A DNA stretch of 34,509 nucleotides, from positions 1 to 34,509 of the IMG/VR virus record IMGVR_UViG_3300046786_000155; one strand, given 5' to 3'. The notes under the pieces were generated by a model. The model had not been told where the DNA came from and ran no database searches. It was given only the letters and a program-made list of their open reading frames with translations. Within the stretch, counting starts at the first letter, position 1; every line of letters begins with the position of its first letter. Shown here one piece after another: positions 17,093-26,508 of the stretch. The position numbers and the translations under genes are program-made. The stretch comes from a virus (lineage: Duplodnaviria > Caudoviricetes).

Positions 17093-18166
17093 ATGGGCGT
17101 TCTCTCTCTACTCGTTAAGTTGGGCGTTGATGCTGCCAAGTTTGAAATGGACCTAAAAAGGGTCCAAAGTCTTGGTGAGAAGTTTGGAACAAGCTTCAAG
17201 AACGCAGTGACCAACAAGCTTGGGCAAGCGTTTGCAGCTTCTGCTGTGGTTGGATTCACCAAGCACCTGATGAATGCTGCCGACGAGATCAAAGACTTGT
17301 CGGAACAGTTGAACTTGACCACCGATGAGATTCAACGTTTGCAGATTCTTGCCGGTGAAAGCGGTGTCTCTTTTGAGAAGTTCGGATCTGTTTTAGCAAA
17401 GTTTGAGCAAATAAGAATCAGAGCAACATCTGGTGATAAAGAAGCTGTTCGCGTAATAAACGATCTTGGGCTTTCTGTTGATGAATTATCCAACAAAGAG
17501 TATTCGAATTTGAATTTGGCGATTCGCGGAGCGCAAGCTTACAAAGAGTCTGGAAGGTCTGCACAAACGACCGCAGCAATGGTCGATATCTATGGGCTGA
17601 AGCTTAAAACCGCTGCTGCTGCTCTAGCTGACTATAAGAGTACAGAGGGGCGCGAGTTGATTTCAGAGGAGACGCTTGACACTTTGGCTCGCGGGAACAA
17701 CCTGTTTGATGAGCAGATTCGCAGATTGAAAGCGTTGGCTTCAAAGCCGTTGGCTGATGGCATTACGGCAACCGCTGATGCGATCAAATACCTCAACGAT
17801 CAAAACACTGATCTTGCAAAAGCATTCAACGTAAAGGTTACCCCATCTCAGATTGGGGCAACAATGCTTGGAAACATTCCCGGTGGAGTTCAAGCGTTGA
17901 AGGCTGCGAGCGTGAACGCTCCACTTCCAGCGGCACCTCCGTCTCCGACTAATCCACCAGCAATCGGAGAAACATTGTTTGAGCGAGTCGCTGGACCCAA
18001 GTTCTCTCTTGGAGGATCTCAAGACCCGCTAGCTCGTATCGGTGGATTTACTGGCTTCCAATCGGCTCAGGACACTGTAGTAAGGCAAGCCATTGAACAG
18101 ACGTTGCAGTTGAAGCAGATCTCAAAGAACACCGGAAAGACTGCTGACCGAATTTCTCAAGAGTAA
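17093..18166 (+). CDS. Tape measure protein (short)
   Basis: LLVKLGVDAAKF N-terminus, ADEIKDLSEQLNLTTDEIQRL; Ala-rich helical. Confidence 0.8.
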   Translation: MGVLSLLVKLGVDAAKFEMDLKRVQSLGEKFGTSFKNAVTNKLGQAFAASAVVGFTKHLMNAADEIKDLSEQLNLTTDEIQRLQILAGESGVSFEKFGSVLAKFEQIRIRATSGDKEAVRVINDLGLSVDELSNKEYSNLNLAIRGAQAYKESGRSAQTTAAMVDIYGLKLKTAAAALADYKSTEGRELISEETLDTLARGNNLFDEQIRRLKALASKPLADGITATADAIKYLNDQNTDLAKAFNVKVTPSQIGATMLGNIPGGVQALKAASVNAPLPAAPPSPTNPPAIGETLFERVAGPKFSLGGSQDPLARIGGFTGFQSAQDTVVRQAIEQTLQLKQISKNTGKTADRISQE

Positions 18167-18167
18167 T

Positions 18168-19010
18168 ATGGCAACGATCAAAACCAACACGATCCTTCCT
18201 GTTGCTACTGGTTACATCGAAGTCTCTCGCCAGTACAACAACGGAGACGGCACTGGTCGATACATCACTTACACCTACCGTGGAAGCAAAGATGCTCTCC
18301 GCGCTGCTTCTGCTGATTGGGTCGCTGCTGGCGGCAAATATCAGATAAACGAAGATGGACCATATTCAACAGCAACTGTCACGTTTGCAGGATCATTAAC
18401 TGATCCAAACACTCCTCTTCAACCTGTTAACATATTTGCAGAGGAGCCTTCAGTAAGATTTGAGTTTCGCACAGAATACATTGACGCATCTTTATTTGCG
18501 CTTCCTTACGTCAGGGCTGAAGCAAAACGGTTTGTAACGACGTTTGGATCTGGAGCAACAGAGGCTGATTACTTCTCGGCAATCAAGCTTGCCGGTGAAG
18601 ATCCGAAGAACAACAAGATAACGTTTTCAGAATCTCAGTTTCCTCTCGCTGGTCAGTTGGTTATTCGACTTGCGAGGGGTCAAGACAGTTTCCAAACGAG
18701 CCGAGTCTCTCTTACCAAGATTTCTACATATTCAGCAAGAAACGGTCTTCCTGCAACTCCTCCGATCATTTCTTCTGTCTATAGCGGAGAAATTCTTGCA
18801 ATTAAAAACGACTTCCCAGATATCGTAAAGCAGGTGATGCCGAAACCACCTGTTGACCCGAATCTTACGCCAGATGGAACCGTCTGGTCTTGGTTGAAGA
18901 CAAATGATTCGACATCGCTGATTATCAAGACCAACCAAGTTGAACGAAACGAGACTTGGACATTTGCTGCTTGGGATCTTTTCGCTTATCCTTACAACCC
19001 ACCAACCTGA
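18168..19010 (+). CDS. Tail-tip/distal tail protein
   Basis: Immediately after the tape measure; positional call. Confidence 0.5.
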   Translation: MATIKTNTILPVATGYIEVSRQYNNGDGTGRYITYTYRGSKDALRAASADWVAAGGKYQINEDGPYSTATVTFAGSLTDPNTPLQPVNIFAEEPSVRFEFRTEYIDASLFALPYVRAEAKRFVTTFGSGATEADYFSAIKLAGEDPKNNKITFSESQFPLAGQLVIRLARGQDSFQTSRVSLTKISTYSARNGLPATPPIISSVYSGEILAIKNDFPDIVKQVMPKPPVDPNLTPDGTVWSWLKTNDSTSLIIKTNQVERNETWTFAAWDLFAYPYNPPT

Positions 19011-19019
19011 TAACATAAC

Positions 19020-19394
19020 ATGGCTGACGAAATCCAAATGACGGCTCGCTTGTACGCTGCGAAAAACGGAGCGTACCTCCCGAGTGTGACCTACACCAAG
19101 AGCGCGACGATGGTTGGGACCGACATGGGTTCCCAAACTCAGTCAATTCAGACAAGTGCATCTGAAATTCTCGACGTTCCTGTCGATGTCTCCAGCCCGT
19201 ACAAAGTGTTGATCTCTAATCTGGACAACACCAACTACGTTGAGCTTTCGTTTACTAGCGGTTTCACTGCTGGAAATGGAACAATGCGCCTTCCCGCTGG
19301 TGAGACGATGTTGATTCCGTACATCAACACGAATCTCTACCTGATCGCCAATACCTCCGCCGTCACGATTCAAGCGACGTTCTGCGAGATCTAA
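19020..19394 (+). CDS. Virion protein, tandem paralog 1
   Basis: MADEIQMTARLYA...CEI; homologous to 19406..19777. Confidence 0.7.
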   Translation: MADEIQMTARLYAAKNGAYLPSVTYTKSATMVGTDMGSQTQSIQTSASEILDVPVDVSSPYKVLISNLDNTNYVELSFTSGFTAGNGTMRLPAGETMLIPYINTNLYLIANTSAVTIQATFCEI

Positions 19395-19405
19395 CCGACT
19401 GACCT

Positions 19406-19777
19406 ATGGCCGACGAAATCCAGATGACCGCTAGGTTGTATGCGTCTAAGAATGGCGCATCAATCAACCCGCAGACGTGGACATCGGTCTGCAATATGAC
19501 CGGAACGGACATGGGACAGCAAACTCAAGTCGTTGGCCCGTCTTCAGAATTGCTTGATATTACCGCTGATCTCAACCTTCCATACAAAGTCCTGATCTTC
19601 AATATGGACCTTGTAAATGAGATCGGTGTTGGCGACGTGGCGTCTCACGTTGGTCAATATTGGATGCGGGTTCCGCCTCAACAGTTCATATTGATTCCAT
19701 ACGTTGACAGCAATCTCTACGTCAGAACGTACAATGCGAGCGTTGTTAAGATCTTCGCTCAATACTGCGAGATCTAA
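19406..19777 (+). CDS. Virion protein, tandem paralog 2
   Basis: Same N- and C-termini and PYKVLI.N.D motif as 19020..19394. Confidence 0.7.
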   Translation: MADEIQMTARLYASKNGASINPQTWTSVCNMTGTDMGQQTQVVGPSSELLDITADLNLPYKVLIFNMDLVNEIGVGDVASHVGQYWMRVPPQQFILIPYVDSNLYVRTYNASVVKIFAQYCEI

Positions 19778-19992
19778 TGGCTGTATCACTTCCAGCTAAG
19801 GTTGCAGAGCGTGGACTCAAGACAGAACACGCTCGCGCAATCAATCAACTGATTGATGTCGTCCGCAAGATCCAGCTTGTTGCTGGACCGGATCAAGCTA
19901 TTGAGCAGACTCCAAATGGAACTGTGTTGAAGATACGTCAGCCAGTTGGAACGACGGTTGTGCAGACCTCAGAGGATTCTTGGTTTTATTGA
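19777..19992 (+). CDS. Small tail-associated protein
   Basis: AINQLIDVVRKI...EQTPNGTVL; TAATG-coupled. Confidence 0.6.
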   Translation: MAVSLPAKVAERGLKTEHARAINQLIDVVRKIQLVAGPDQAIEQTPNGTVLKIRQPVGTTVVQTSEDSWFY

Positions 19993-19995
19993 TTT

Positions 19996-22740
19996 ATGCC
20001 GTTTGCGTTGGATAAGCGGGATCGGATGTTCAACGCTCGCAACCTCAACGGGTTGTATGCTCGTTTTGACCAGAAGTGCGCCAGAGTCTTAGATGGCAAG
20101 AGTCCGAAGGTAGCAAAGAAGCCATACGACGATCCGAGTCAGTTTGAGTTTGGGTTAGATGTCCCATATGGCGTGACATACACATACACGCTGACAACCG
20201 AAGGTGCGTATCTTGAGAACTACAACCAAGCGCAAGCGTCCGTTGAACTCTCAAAGCTAGAGAATGCCCACCTCGACATTGCTGGAGGTCAGATTTACGT
20301 CGATAAATACCCAATTGCAGGAGAGTCGTTCACCTGCGATGTGAAGCAGATTCACTTCTCGTTTGAACTGCTTCGACGGGAAGTTGACGGGGTTCTCTAC
20401 GATGTCCACTTGGGATGGGACGACAACGGTGCATTGAACTCATACGTCCGAGGAAGTCTTGGGGCTGACGTTCCCACGCTGCCTCCCGGTCGCATCCACA
20501 AGCACAAAGTCGCTGTTGCGGAGATCGAATTAAAAGGTCCGAGAGAGTTCCGAATCTTCAACACCTACCAGCGGTTCGATTGCTGGCGCGTCCACAATCT
20601 AAGCGAGAACACAGCGACGGTATTCTTGCAGAATCCAGACGGCTCCAGCCAGCGCGAGTCAGTTGGTCCGTATGGTTGCCGATCATTCAGACGCAAAGCC
20701 GATGGGACGTGGGCTACGACTTGGCCGAGTGGATCTCAGTGTCAGTACTTCTTCCCGTTCTTCAGGGGCGATGTTCCGTACTTTGCCGGTGGTCCTCCGA
20801 TGTACGATTGGCCCGTGTCTCCGTTCGTCGCGCATGAGCGGTCAGAGCGAGCAAACAACGTTGCAAATCCGTTTGTCCTGACCCAATGGTTTCGAGCGTT
20901 GGGGGGATGGCACGACCCGTTTATCCCGTTCGACATTCGGCAGACATACCCCGACGTTTACGGAGACCCAGAGAACGCCAACACTCCGATTGGAGACCTC
21001 ATTTTCAGTTGGGGACGCGCTAGAGTTCAGGTCTACAACACGCTGACCAATGCAGTCATTGCGGATTACATGAAGGTTTTCCGCGACACCAACCTCTTCG
21101 TTGAAACTCTGCGGTCGATTGGCGTTGAGGTTGAGCAGATCGGCGGTGCGTTGGGGCTGCGAACGGTCGAAGGAAACACCTCCATTCGGATCTATCCGGT
21201 GGACTGCAACGTGTTCGTCACTGACACGCTACCCTATTGGGAGATCGGCCCGACGCTCGCTTACTTCTCGACGGTCTATCCGAAGCAAGTGTGGACTCAG
21301 AACCTGTTGAATCCGCTTTCCGCGACATCGTGGACTGCTGGAAACGAGCCAGATTGGTTTGAGACAATGCGGACGTTGCGCCGCCGTGTTGCCGTCGAAG
21401 AAGGATTTCTCAACGCCTACGACGACGAAGTGGACATCTCCGAAGATAAGGTCTCGCGGGTATCTTTGACTCCGCTTGGATTGATGGTCCGCGCTGCAAC
21501 TGCTGTGGGAATTACGGCATTTGATGCCAACGCCATGAGCGATCTCCCAAGCTACGAGCGAACGGCAAACAAGTTTGAGCTTTGGACCGAATCGCAAGCC
21601 GCCGGTTTCTCTCCTGCGATTGGATGGAGCGGAACACGGTACACGTCAGGCGTGAAGGTCTACTACCTCCAGACTCCAGCGAGTTCCAGCGGCTGGTACA
21701 AACACGTCTTCCCTAACTTGTCGGTTCCTGCTTCCGATTACTTCCCCGCCGTGGACTGTGGGTATGTTCCGGTGGGTGGACCGTGGGGATTCTCGTCGAG
21801 CGTCTATGACGCGAACCTTTCGCGGGTCTATTCCACGGACCCGAATGATCCCGTGATTGAGAACGTCCACGGGTCAGATTTCTGGGTCAACAAATGGGGC
21901 GGTGCAGGTGGTGTTGACGCTACGGTGCGCATTTTGGGTCAACCGAATCAGACGCTGCAATTGCCGGTTCAGACGACGACCGCAACGCCAGATCTGGTCG
22001 CTGATGACATCTTCAAAGATCTCAATGCGCCAACGATGGCTGGTCTTGCACCGTGGACCGGATCAATCACGGCAAACACTGGCTTTAACCAGTCGCATCT
22101 GGCCGAGATCCGTTGGCGGGATACCGATCAGTATTTCAACCTGCCTTACGTCGTCCAGTCTGACACTATCAACTACACGCTCAACGGAGCTTTCTACCAC
22201 AAGATCCCGAAGACTGCCTACCTGTGGAATTTGCTGGAGTGGACCGTCAGAGCGTGGACGCGAGCGATTCCGCTTTGCTTGGGAGAAGTCGCTTGCCCGA
22301 TTAACGGTTTCGATGGGAGCGGAAATCTTGAACCGTCGAGACTCGGAATCCAGATCCCGAAAGACCTGACGACCACCGGCATCGAAGGCGGGCAAGCGGT
22401 GTTCTATCTCAGCGAAGCACAGCACAACGTATGCTTGGCAAATGGTATCGTCTCTCAGACCGCTGACGATCCGTCTGGGAATCCCTACTGGTACGTCAGC
22501 CAGTCCGCGCTTGCTGGTTACTGCGGATCGAAGGGCTTCAACGCTTACAACTTTGACGCCACCAACGCTCAACCCAACCTCGTCACGCCGATTGCCGCGA
22601 CCGAATGGATTTCGCTGAGAGCGTACGGGGTTGGCGAAACCACCGAGATCGCCAGCTATTACGACGACATTTTGGGTCAGCAGTATTACCGAGCGGTTCG
22701 GTATGTCAGCCTTCGACTTCCCAACGAACTCTCCGCTTGA
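19996..22740 (+). CDS. Large tail-tip/host-recognition protein (914 aa)
   Basis: Last gene of the structural module, aromatic/Pro-rich; no family recognised. Confidence 0.55.
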   Translation: MPFALDKRDRMFNARNLNGLYARFDQKCARVLDGKSPKVAKKPYDDPSQFEFGLDVPYGVTYTYTLTTEGAYLENYNQAQASVELSKLENAHLDIAGGQIYVDKYPIAGESFTCDVKQIHFSFELLRREVDGVLYDVHLGWDDNGALNSYVRGSLGADVPTLPPGRIHKHKVAVAEIELKGPREFRIFNTYQRFDCWRVHNLSENTATVFLQNPDGSSQRESVGPYGCRSFRRKADGTWATTWPSGSQCQYFFPFFRGDVPYFAGGPPMYDWPVSPFVAHERSERANNVANPFVLTQWFRALGGWHDPFIPFDIRQTYPDVYGDPENANTPIGDLIFSWGRARVQVYNTLTNAVIADYMKVFRDTNLFVETLRSIGVEVEQIGGALGLRTVEGNTSIRIYPVDCNVFVTDTLPYWEIGPTLAYFSTVYPKQVWTQNLLNPLSATSWTAGNEPDWFETMRTLRRRVAVEEGFLNAYDDEVDISEDKVSRVSLTPLGLMVRAATAVGITAFDANAMSDLPSYERTANKFELWTESQAAGFSPAIGWSGTRYTSGVKVYYLQTPASSSGWYKHVFPNLSVPASDYFPAVDCGYVPVGGPWGFSSSVYDANLSRVYSTDPNDPVIENVHGSDFWVNKWGGAGGVDATVRILGQPNQTLQLPVQTTTATPDLVADDIFKDLNAPTMAGLAPWTGSITANTGFNQSHLAEIRWRDTDQYFNLPYVVQSDTINYTLNGAFYHKIPKTAYLWNLLEWTVRAWTRAIPLCLGEVACPINGFDGSGNLEPSRLGIQIPKDLTTTGIEGGQAVFYLSEAQHNVCLANGIVSQTADDPSGNPYWYVSQSALAGYCGSKGFNAYNFDATNAQPNLVTPIAATEWISLRAYGVGETTEIASYYDDILGQQYYRAVRYVSLRLPNELSA

Positions 22741-22766
22741 CGGAAACCCAGCGTTGGGTTTAGGTT
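22737..22766 (+). promoter_or_regulatory. Promoter with operator in the spacer
   Basis: TTGACG 22737-22742, 18-nt spacer containing AACCCA-GCGT-TGGGTT (22745-22760), TAGGTT 22761-22766. Confidence 0.7.
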
Positions 22767-22777
22767 GAATCCAGCCG

Positions 22778-22987
22778 ATGAAATGCCCGTCCTGTCAGCA
22801 TATTTTTGCCGTTAGCTTGCGCGAGATCGCTCAAGAGATGGGGCGGAAATCTTCACCGGCAAAGGCCGAAACTGCTCGCGTGAATGGAAAGCGCGGTGGC
22901 AGGCCAAAGAAGACATATGAAACAAGAGTTGATCCCAAGTCAGAAGCAGTCCGCGCTCGCGATCATGGCGAGCAAATTCAACGTTGA
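22778..22987 (+). CDS. Small basic putative DNA-binding protein
   Basis: CPSC knuckle, then MGRKSSPAKAETARVNGKRGGRPKK; first gene after an operator-bearing promoter. Confidence 0.6.
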   Translation: MKCPSCQHIFAVSLREIAQEMGRKSSPAKAETARVNGKRGGRPKKTYETRVDPKSEAVRARDHGEQIQR

Positions 22988-23576
22988 ACCGGCTCGTTTG
23001 CTGGAGACGCTGAAGGCTACGTTGATGCCCAAAGCGTCGAACGAAGAGCTTCTCAGCTTCGTCGTGACGGCTAACCAGTACGGGTTGAATCCGTTCACTC
23101 GCGAGATCTACGCCTTCCCCGCTCGCAATGGGGGCATCCAGCCGGTGGTCAGCGTCGATGGCTGGATCAAGATGATGAACAGCCATCCGAGCTTCGATGG
23201 AATCCAGTTCACGACCGAAGACAAAGACGGCAAGCCGTGGAGCGTGACCGCAACCATCCACGTCAAAGATCGCACCCATCCGGTGGAGGTCACCGAGTAC
23301 TTCTCGGAATGCTCGCGCAACACCGAACCGTGGAAGGTCAACCCTCGTCGAATGCTCCGACACAAAGCGTTGATTCAATGCGCTCGCATTGCGTTTGGAT
23401 TCTCTGGCATTGCTGACGACGAAGAAGCTATCCCGCAAGTCGCGCTCAACGTCACTCCGTCTCGTCCCATTTTCCGGTCAAAGCTTGAGCCGACTGTCGA
23501 GCCTCCGGTTGTCATCCCGAGCGTGAGCGTTGAGACCAACGTGCAACCCACCACCGAGGAGACGACCAATGAGTGA
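22917..23576 (+). CDS. bet: Single-strand annealing recombinase (Bet/RecT family)
   Basis: ANQYGLNPFTREIYAFP, VVSVDGW, EY..EC, PW...PRRMLRHKALIQCARIAFG. Confidence 0.92.
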   Translation: MKQELIPSQKQSALAIMASKFNVEPARLLETLKATLMPKASNEELLSFVVTANQYGLNPFTREIYAFPARNGGIQPVVSVDGWIKMMNSHPSFDGIQFTTEDKDGKPWSVTATIHVKDRTHPVEVTEYFSECSRNTEPWKVNPRRMLRHKALIQCARIAFGFSGIADDEEAIPQVALNVTPSRPIFRSKLEPTVEPPVVIPSVSVETNVQPTTEETTNE

Positions 23577-24678
23577 TGAACGCTTAGGTCTTCCATCCGC
23601 ATCGTCTGCGAGCCGCTACGCTGCTTGTCTTGGAAGTTGGCAGTTGGAGAAACAGATCGCAGAAAGTGTTTCCACGCACGATGCGACCATTGGAAACCGC
23701 ATCCACGCCGCTCTTGCGTTGGAGCCGGTAGACAATCTGACATCAGACGAGACGTGGACCATTGATCGCTGCCGAGAGCAGGAGCAGGAATTGGTCGCCA
23801 ATACATTTGGAGGCTATGAAACCAATTGCTTCCGCGAGAAGCGTTTGTGGTCGCTCGACAAAGACGGAAACAAGCTTTGGAGCGGCAAGCCTGATGTCAT
23901 TTACACCGCCGAAGTGCAGGGGAATCTCTGCGGTCTAATTATCGACTACAAGAGCGGTCGCGGTGCTGTCGAGAACGCTGCCGAGAACCTCCAATTGCGC
24001 TGTCTGGTAGCCCTTTTGGACGAGTCTTGGGGCTTCACGATGGATCGAATCACCGTTGCGATCATCCAGCCTTTAGCAGGTGATCCGAGCGTTGCGGTCT
24101 ATGAGTCGTCAGACATCCACTCTGCGATCATGGAATCCCATGGCTTGATAAGAGCCATTGAGAAGGTTGGTCAACCGCGCACTCCATCCGAGTCCGCTTG
24201 CAAGTACTGCAAAGGGAAACCCTATTGCGCCGAAGCGCGAGAGTTGGCCGTCGCTGGTCCGCTGACCAATGCGCCAGAAGGCATAACGCCAGACGCTATA
24301 GCCGCCACACTGACCAATCAGACGCTTGGAGCGTTCTTGGACCGTGCAGCGCAAGCAGAGGCCGTGATTGAAGCTTGCCGCACTGAGGCCCGACGGAGGC
24401 TCTCGGAAGGAGATGCAATCGAAGGGTGGACGCTCAAAGAAGGTGCAGTGCGTGAGACAATCAAAGACACCGAGACCGTTTACCTTCGATTTATCGAAAG
24501 TGGCGGGACTTACGAGGACATCATGCCAGCCATAACAATCAACAAGACGAAGCTCAAAGATGCGTTGAAAGTGGCAACCGAAACCAAAGGCAAAGAACTC
24601 GACGCGAAGCTGACCGCTTTGCTTGACGGATGTATTGAATCGAAATCCTCCCAACCCACACTGACCCGAATCAAATGA
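23569..24678 (+). CDS. DUF2800/Cas4-like PD-(D/E)XK exonuclease
   Basis: SASSASRY..C.GS, GNRIH, SGKPD, IIDYKSG, N.QL, IIQP, CKYC....YC. Confidence 0.85.
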   Translation: MSDERLGLPSASSASRYAACLGSWQLEKQIAESVSTHDATIGNRIHAALALEPVDNLTSDETWTIDRCREQEQELVANTFGGYETNCFREKRLWSLDKDGNKLWSGKPDVIYTAEVQGNLCGLIIDYKSGRGAVENAAENLQLRCLVALLDESWGFTMDRITVAIIQPLAGDPSVAVYESSDIHSAIMESHGLIRAIEKVGQPRTPSESACKYCKGKPYCAEARELAVAGPLTNAPEGITPDAIAATLTNQTLGAFLDRAAQAEAVIEACRTEARRRLSEGDAIEGWTLKEGAVRETIKDTETVYLRFIESGGTYEDIMPAITINKTKLKDALKVATETKGKELDAKLTALLDGCIESKSSQPTLTRIK

Positions 24679-25109
24679 ACCAAACCCATCCAATGGAACT
24701 GGTCCGCGAATTCATGCGGACGTTCCAGCAGTATGTTCCAGTTACTCCAGTCATGCCAGATCCGGTGACGCAAAATCTCCGGTATCGACTGATCGACGAG
24801 GAAGCCCAAGAACTCAATGAGGCCACCGATAAGGTCGAGTACCTCGACGCTGTTGGGGATCTGCTTTACGTCGTCTATGGGGCCGCGCTCGCTGCTGGAT
24901 TCTCTCCGCATCAAGTCGATGCTGCGTTCTGCGAGATTCACCGCTCTAACATGAGCAAGTGCTGGAGCGACGACGAGATCGACTCCATCCCTGCTGACTG
25001 CCGATCCACTCGCGTTGGAGACAACCGACACATTGTCCGCCGCAGTGACGGCAAGATCGTGAAGTCTCCGTCCTACTCACCGGCTCGCTTGGGAGGGTAC
25101 ACGCTGTGA
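24675..25109 (+). CDS. MazG-like/PRA-PH nucleotide pyrophosphohydrolase
   Basis: LIDEEAQEL, DAVGDLLYVVYG, EIHRSNMSK, RSDGKIVK. Confidence 0.88.
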   Translation: MNQTHPMELVREFMRTFQQYVPVTPVMPDPVTQNLRYRLIDEEAQELNEATDKVEYLDAVGDLLYVVYGAALAAGFSPHQVDAAFCEIHRSNMSKCWSDDEIDSIPADCRSTRVGDNRHIVRRSDGKIVKSPSYSPARLGGYTL

Positions 25110-25426
25110 GACATCTATGGGCTAGGGGTTTCGGCAAGTTGTACAGAGACGCAGAACTAATCACCACCGACGATGGCAAGACGTTCCTGTTGGCGGTCAT
25201 TGAATTTGAACAGCGCACGTTGGGAAACGGCAAGCCGTACTCTCAACGGGTCCAGTTCCGATCATTCGACCGCGACGACATGGAGATCGTAGATCAATTG
25301 GTCGCTGGCACTTACATCATGTTCGACGGTGATTGTGACGCGACAGCCGACAAGAGCCAGACCGGCTGGTGGTACGCCAACCCTCGGGTCACAGGAAGGA
25401 TTCACGAGATCAGCCATGCATCTTGA
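25106..25426 (+). CDS. SSB-like OB-fold protein without acidic tail
   Basis: GKLYRDAELITTDDGK...LAV...G.YIMFDG matches the SSB N-terminal pattern. Confidence 0.5.
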   Translation: MRHLWARGFGKLYRDAELITTDDGKTFLLAVIEFEQRTLGNGKPYSQRVQFRSFDRDDMEIVDQLVAGTYIMFDGDCDATADKSQTGWWYANPRVTGRIHEISHAS

Positions 25427-25838
25427 CTTCCACGTCAGCGGAATCCCGAAGGCTCAACCGCGAGTCAAAGCCTTTAGGCGTGGAAATCACGCTGGAGTTT
25501 ACACTCCAGATTCCGCCGATGCGTGGAAGCAAGCGGTGAGGCTAGAGGCCACCGCAAACGCTCCAGAATCGCTTATGACGGGTCCAATTAGGTTGCAGCT
25601 AGACTTCTTCCTACCGCGACCCAAAGCGCATCTAGACAAGCACGGCATCCCGAAGCCGAAATCTCCGGTCTGGCACCCAAAGAAGCCAGACTTGGACAAC
25701 CTGATCAAAGCGGTGACCGACGCGATCACCGACACTCAGCGAGTCTGGCTCGACGACTCTCAGGTCTACCAGATCACAGCGACCAAGACTTACGCTCTCC
25801 AGCACTCTGGTTGCAGCGTGAGAATCAACGCTGAATAG
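25416..25838 (+). CDS. rusA: RusA-family Holliday junction resolvase
   Basis: G.PKAQPR, YTP, FFLPRPK, KPDLDNLIKAVTDA, W.DDSQV. Confidence 0.92.
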   Translation: MHLDFHVSGIPKAQPRVKAFRRGNHAGVYTPDSADAWKQAVRLEATANAPESLMTGPIRLQLDFFLPRPKAHLDKHGIPKPKSPVWHPKKPDLDNLIKAVTDAITDTQRVWLDDSQVYQITATKTYALQHSGCSVRINAE

Positions 25839-25920
25839 CCTCTGGAAAATGCGGCATGGTGCATGGGGAGATCCCATGACGGGTTGGGTTCACCTCAAGA
25901 AACACCGCATTTTCCTAAGG
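25839..25920. ncRNA. Putative structured noncoding element (nested stems)
   Basis: GGAAAATGCGG 25844-25854 / CCGCATTTTCC 25905-25915, enclosing GGTG/CACC and CATGGG/CCCATG stems. Confidence 0.45.
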
Positions 25921-25976
25921 ATTTCGCAGGTTTTCGCATGACCGAAAAAAAAGATGCAAAAAAATGCATTTTCCTG

Positions 25977-26006
25977 TTGCAAGTATCCCAACGTTGGGTT
26001 TAGGGT
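25977..26006 (+). promoter_or_regulatory. Early promoter with operator in the spacer and upstream A-tracts
   Basis: TTGCAA 25977-25982, 18-nt spacer containing ATCCCA-ACGT-TGGGTT (25985-26000), TAGGGT 26001-26006; A-tracts at 25945-25964. Confidence 0.7.
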
Positions 26007-26051
26007 ATCTCCATCGACGGCGATCAAGCCGCGAGAAACGGAACGAATACG

Positions 26052-26447
26052 ATGAACAACACGATCAAGATCAGCAACCGCTACTCCAACCTCACCGATG
26101 CCGTCGCCGCGACCGGAATGGACCTGAGCTACAACGAGGCTCACGCTCGCCAGACCATCCGCATCATGGAGCGTGACCAGCGTTTGAAGCTGGTGGCGAT
26201 CTTCTCCGACGAAACCAACCAGATCTGGTACGTCATCAACAGCGTCAGCGAGAATCTTAACCTCCTGCATAAGTTCTACCCGTTTGGCTCAATGATAAGC
26301 GATTCTCCGTTCAACGGATACGTTCCGATGAAGAACGGTTCACTGAGCGGACTGAACGACTGCGAAACGCTCAACCGAATCGGAAGCTACCCAAAGACGA
26401 CCCAGAACCGCCGACTGATGGCTAAGGCTGGAGTGATCGCTGGATAA
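26052..26447 (+). CDS. Hypothetical early protein
   Basis: First ORF after the promoter at 25977. Confidence 0.7.
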   Translation: MNNTIKISNRYSNLTDAVAATGMDLSYNEAHARQTIRIMERDQRLKLVAIFSDETNQIWYVINSVSENLNLLHKFYPFGSMISDSPFNGYVPMKNGSLSGLNDCETLNRIGSYPKTTQNRRLMAKAGVIAG

Positions 26448-26508
26448 ACAATCACAAAGAGGGGCGCGACTCTCCAACGCGCAACTCTAACTCATACCAT
26501 CAAATACC

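Noticed and set aside
25839-25920. tRNA or hammerhead ribozyme
   Set aside because: No canonical D/T arms, and no CUGANGA core despite a GAAAC.
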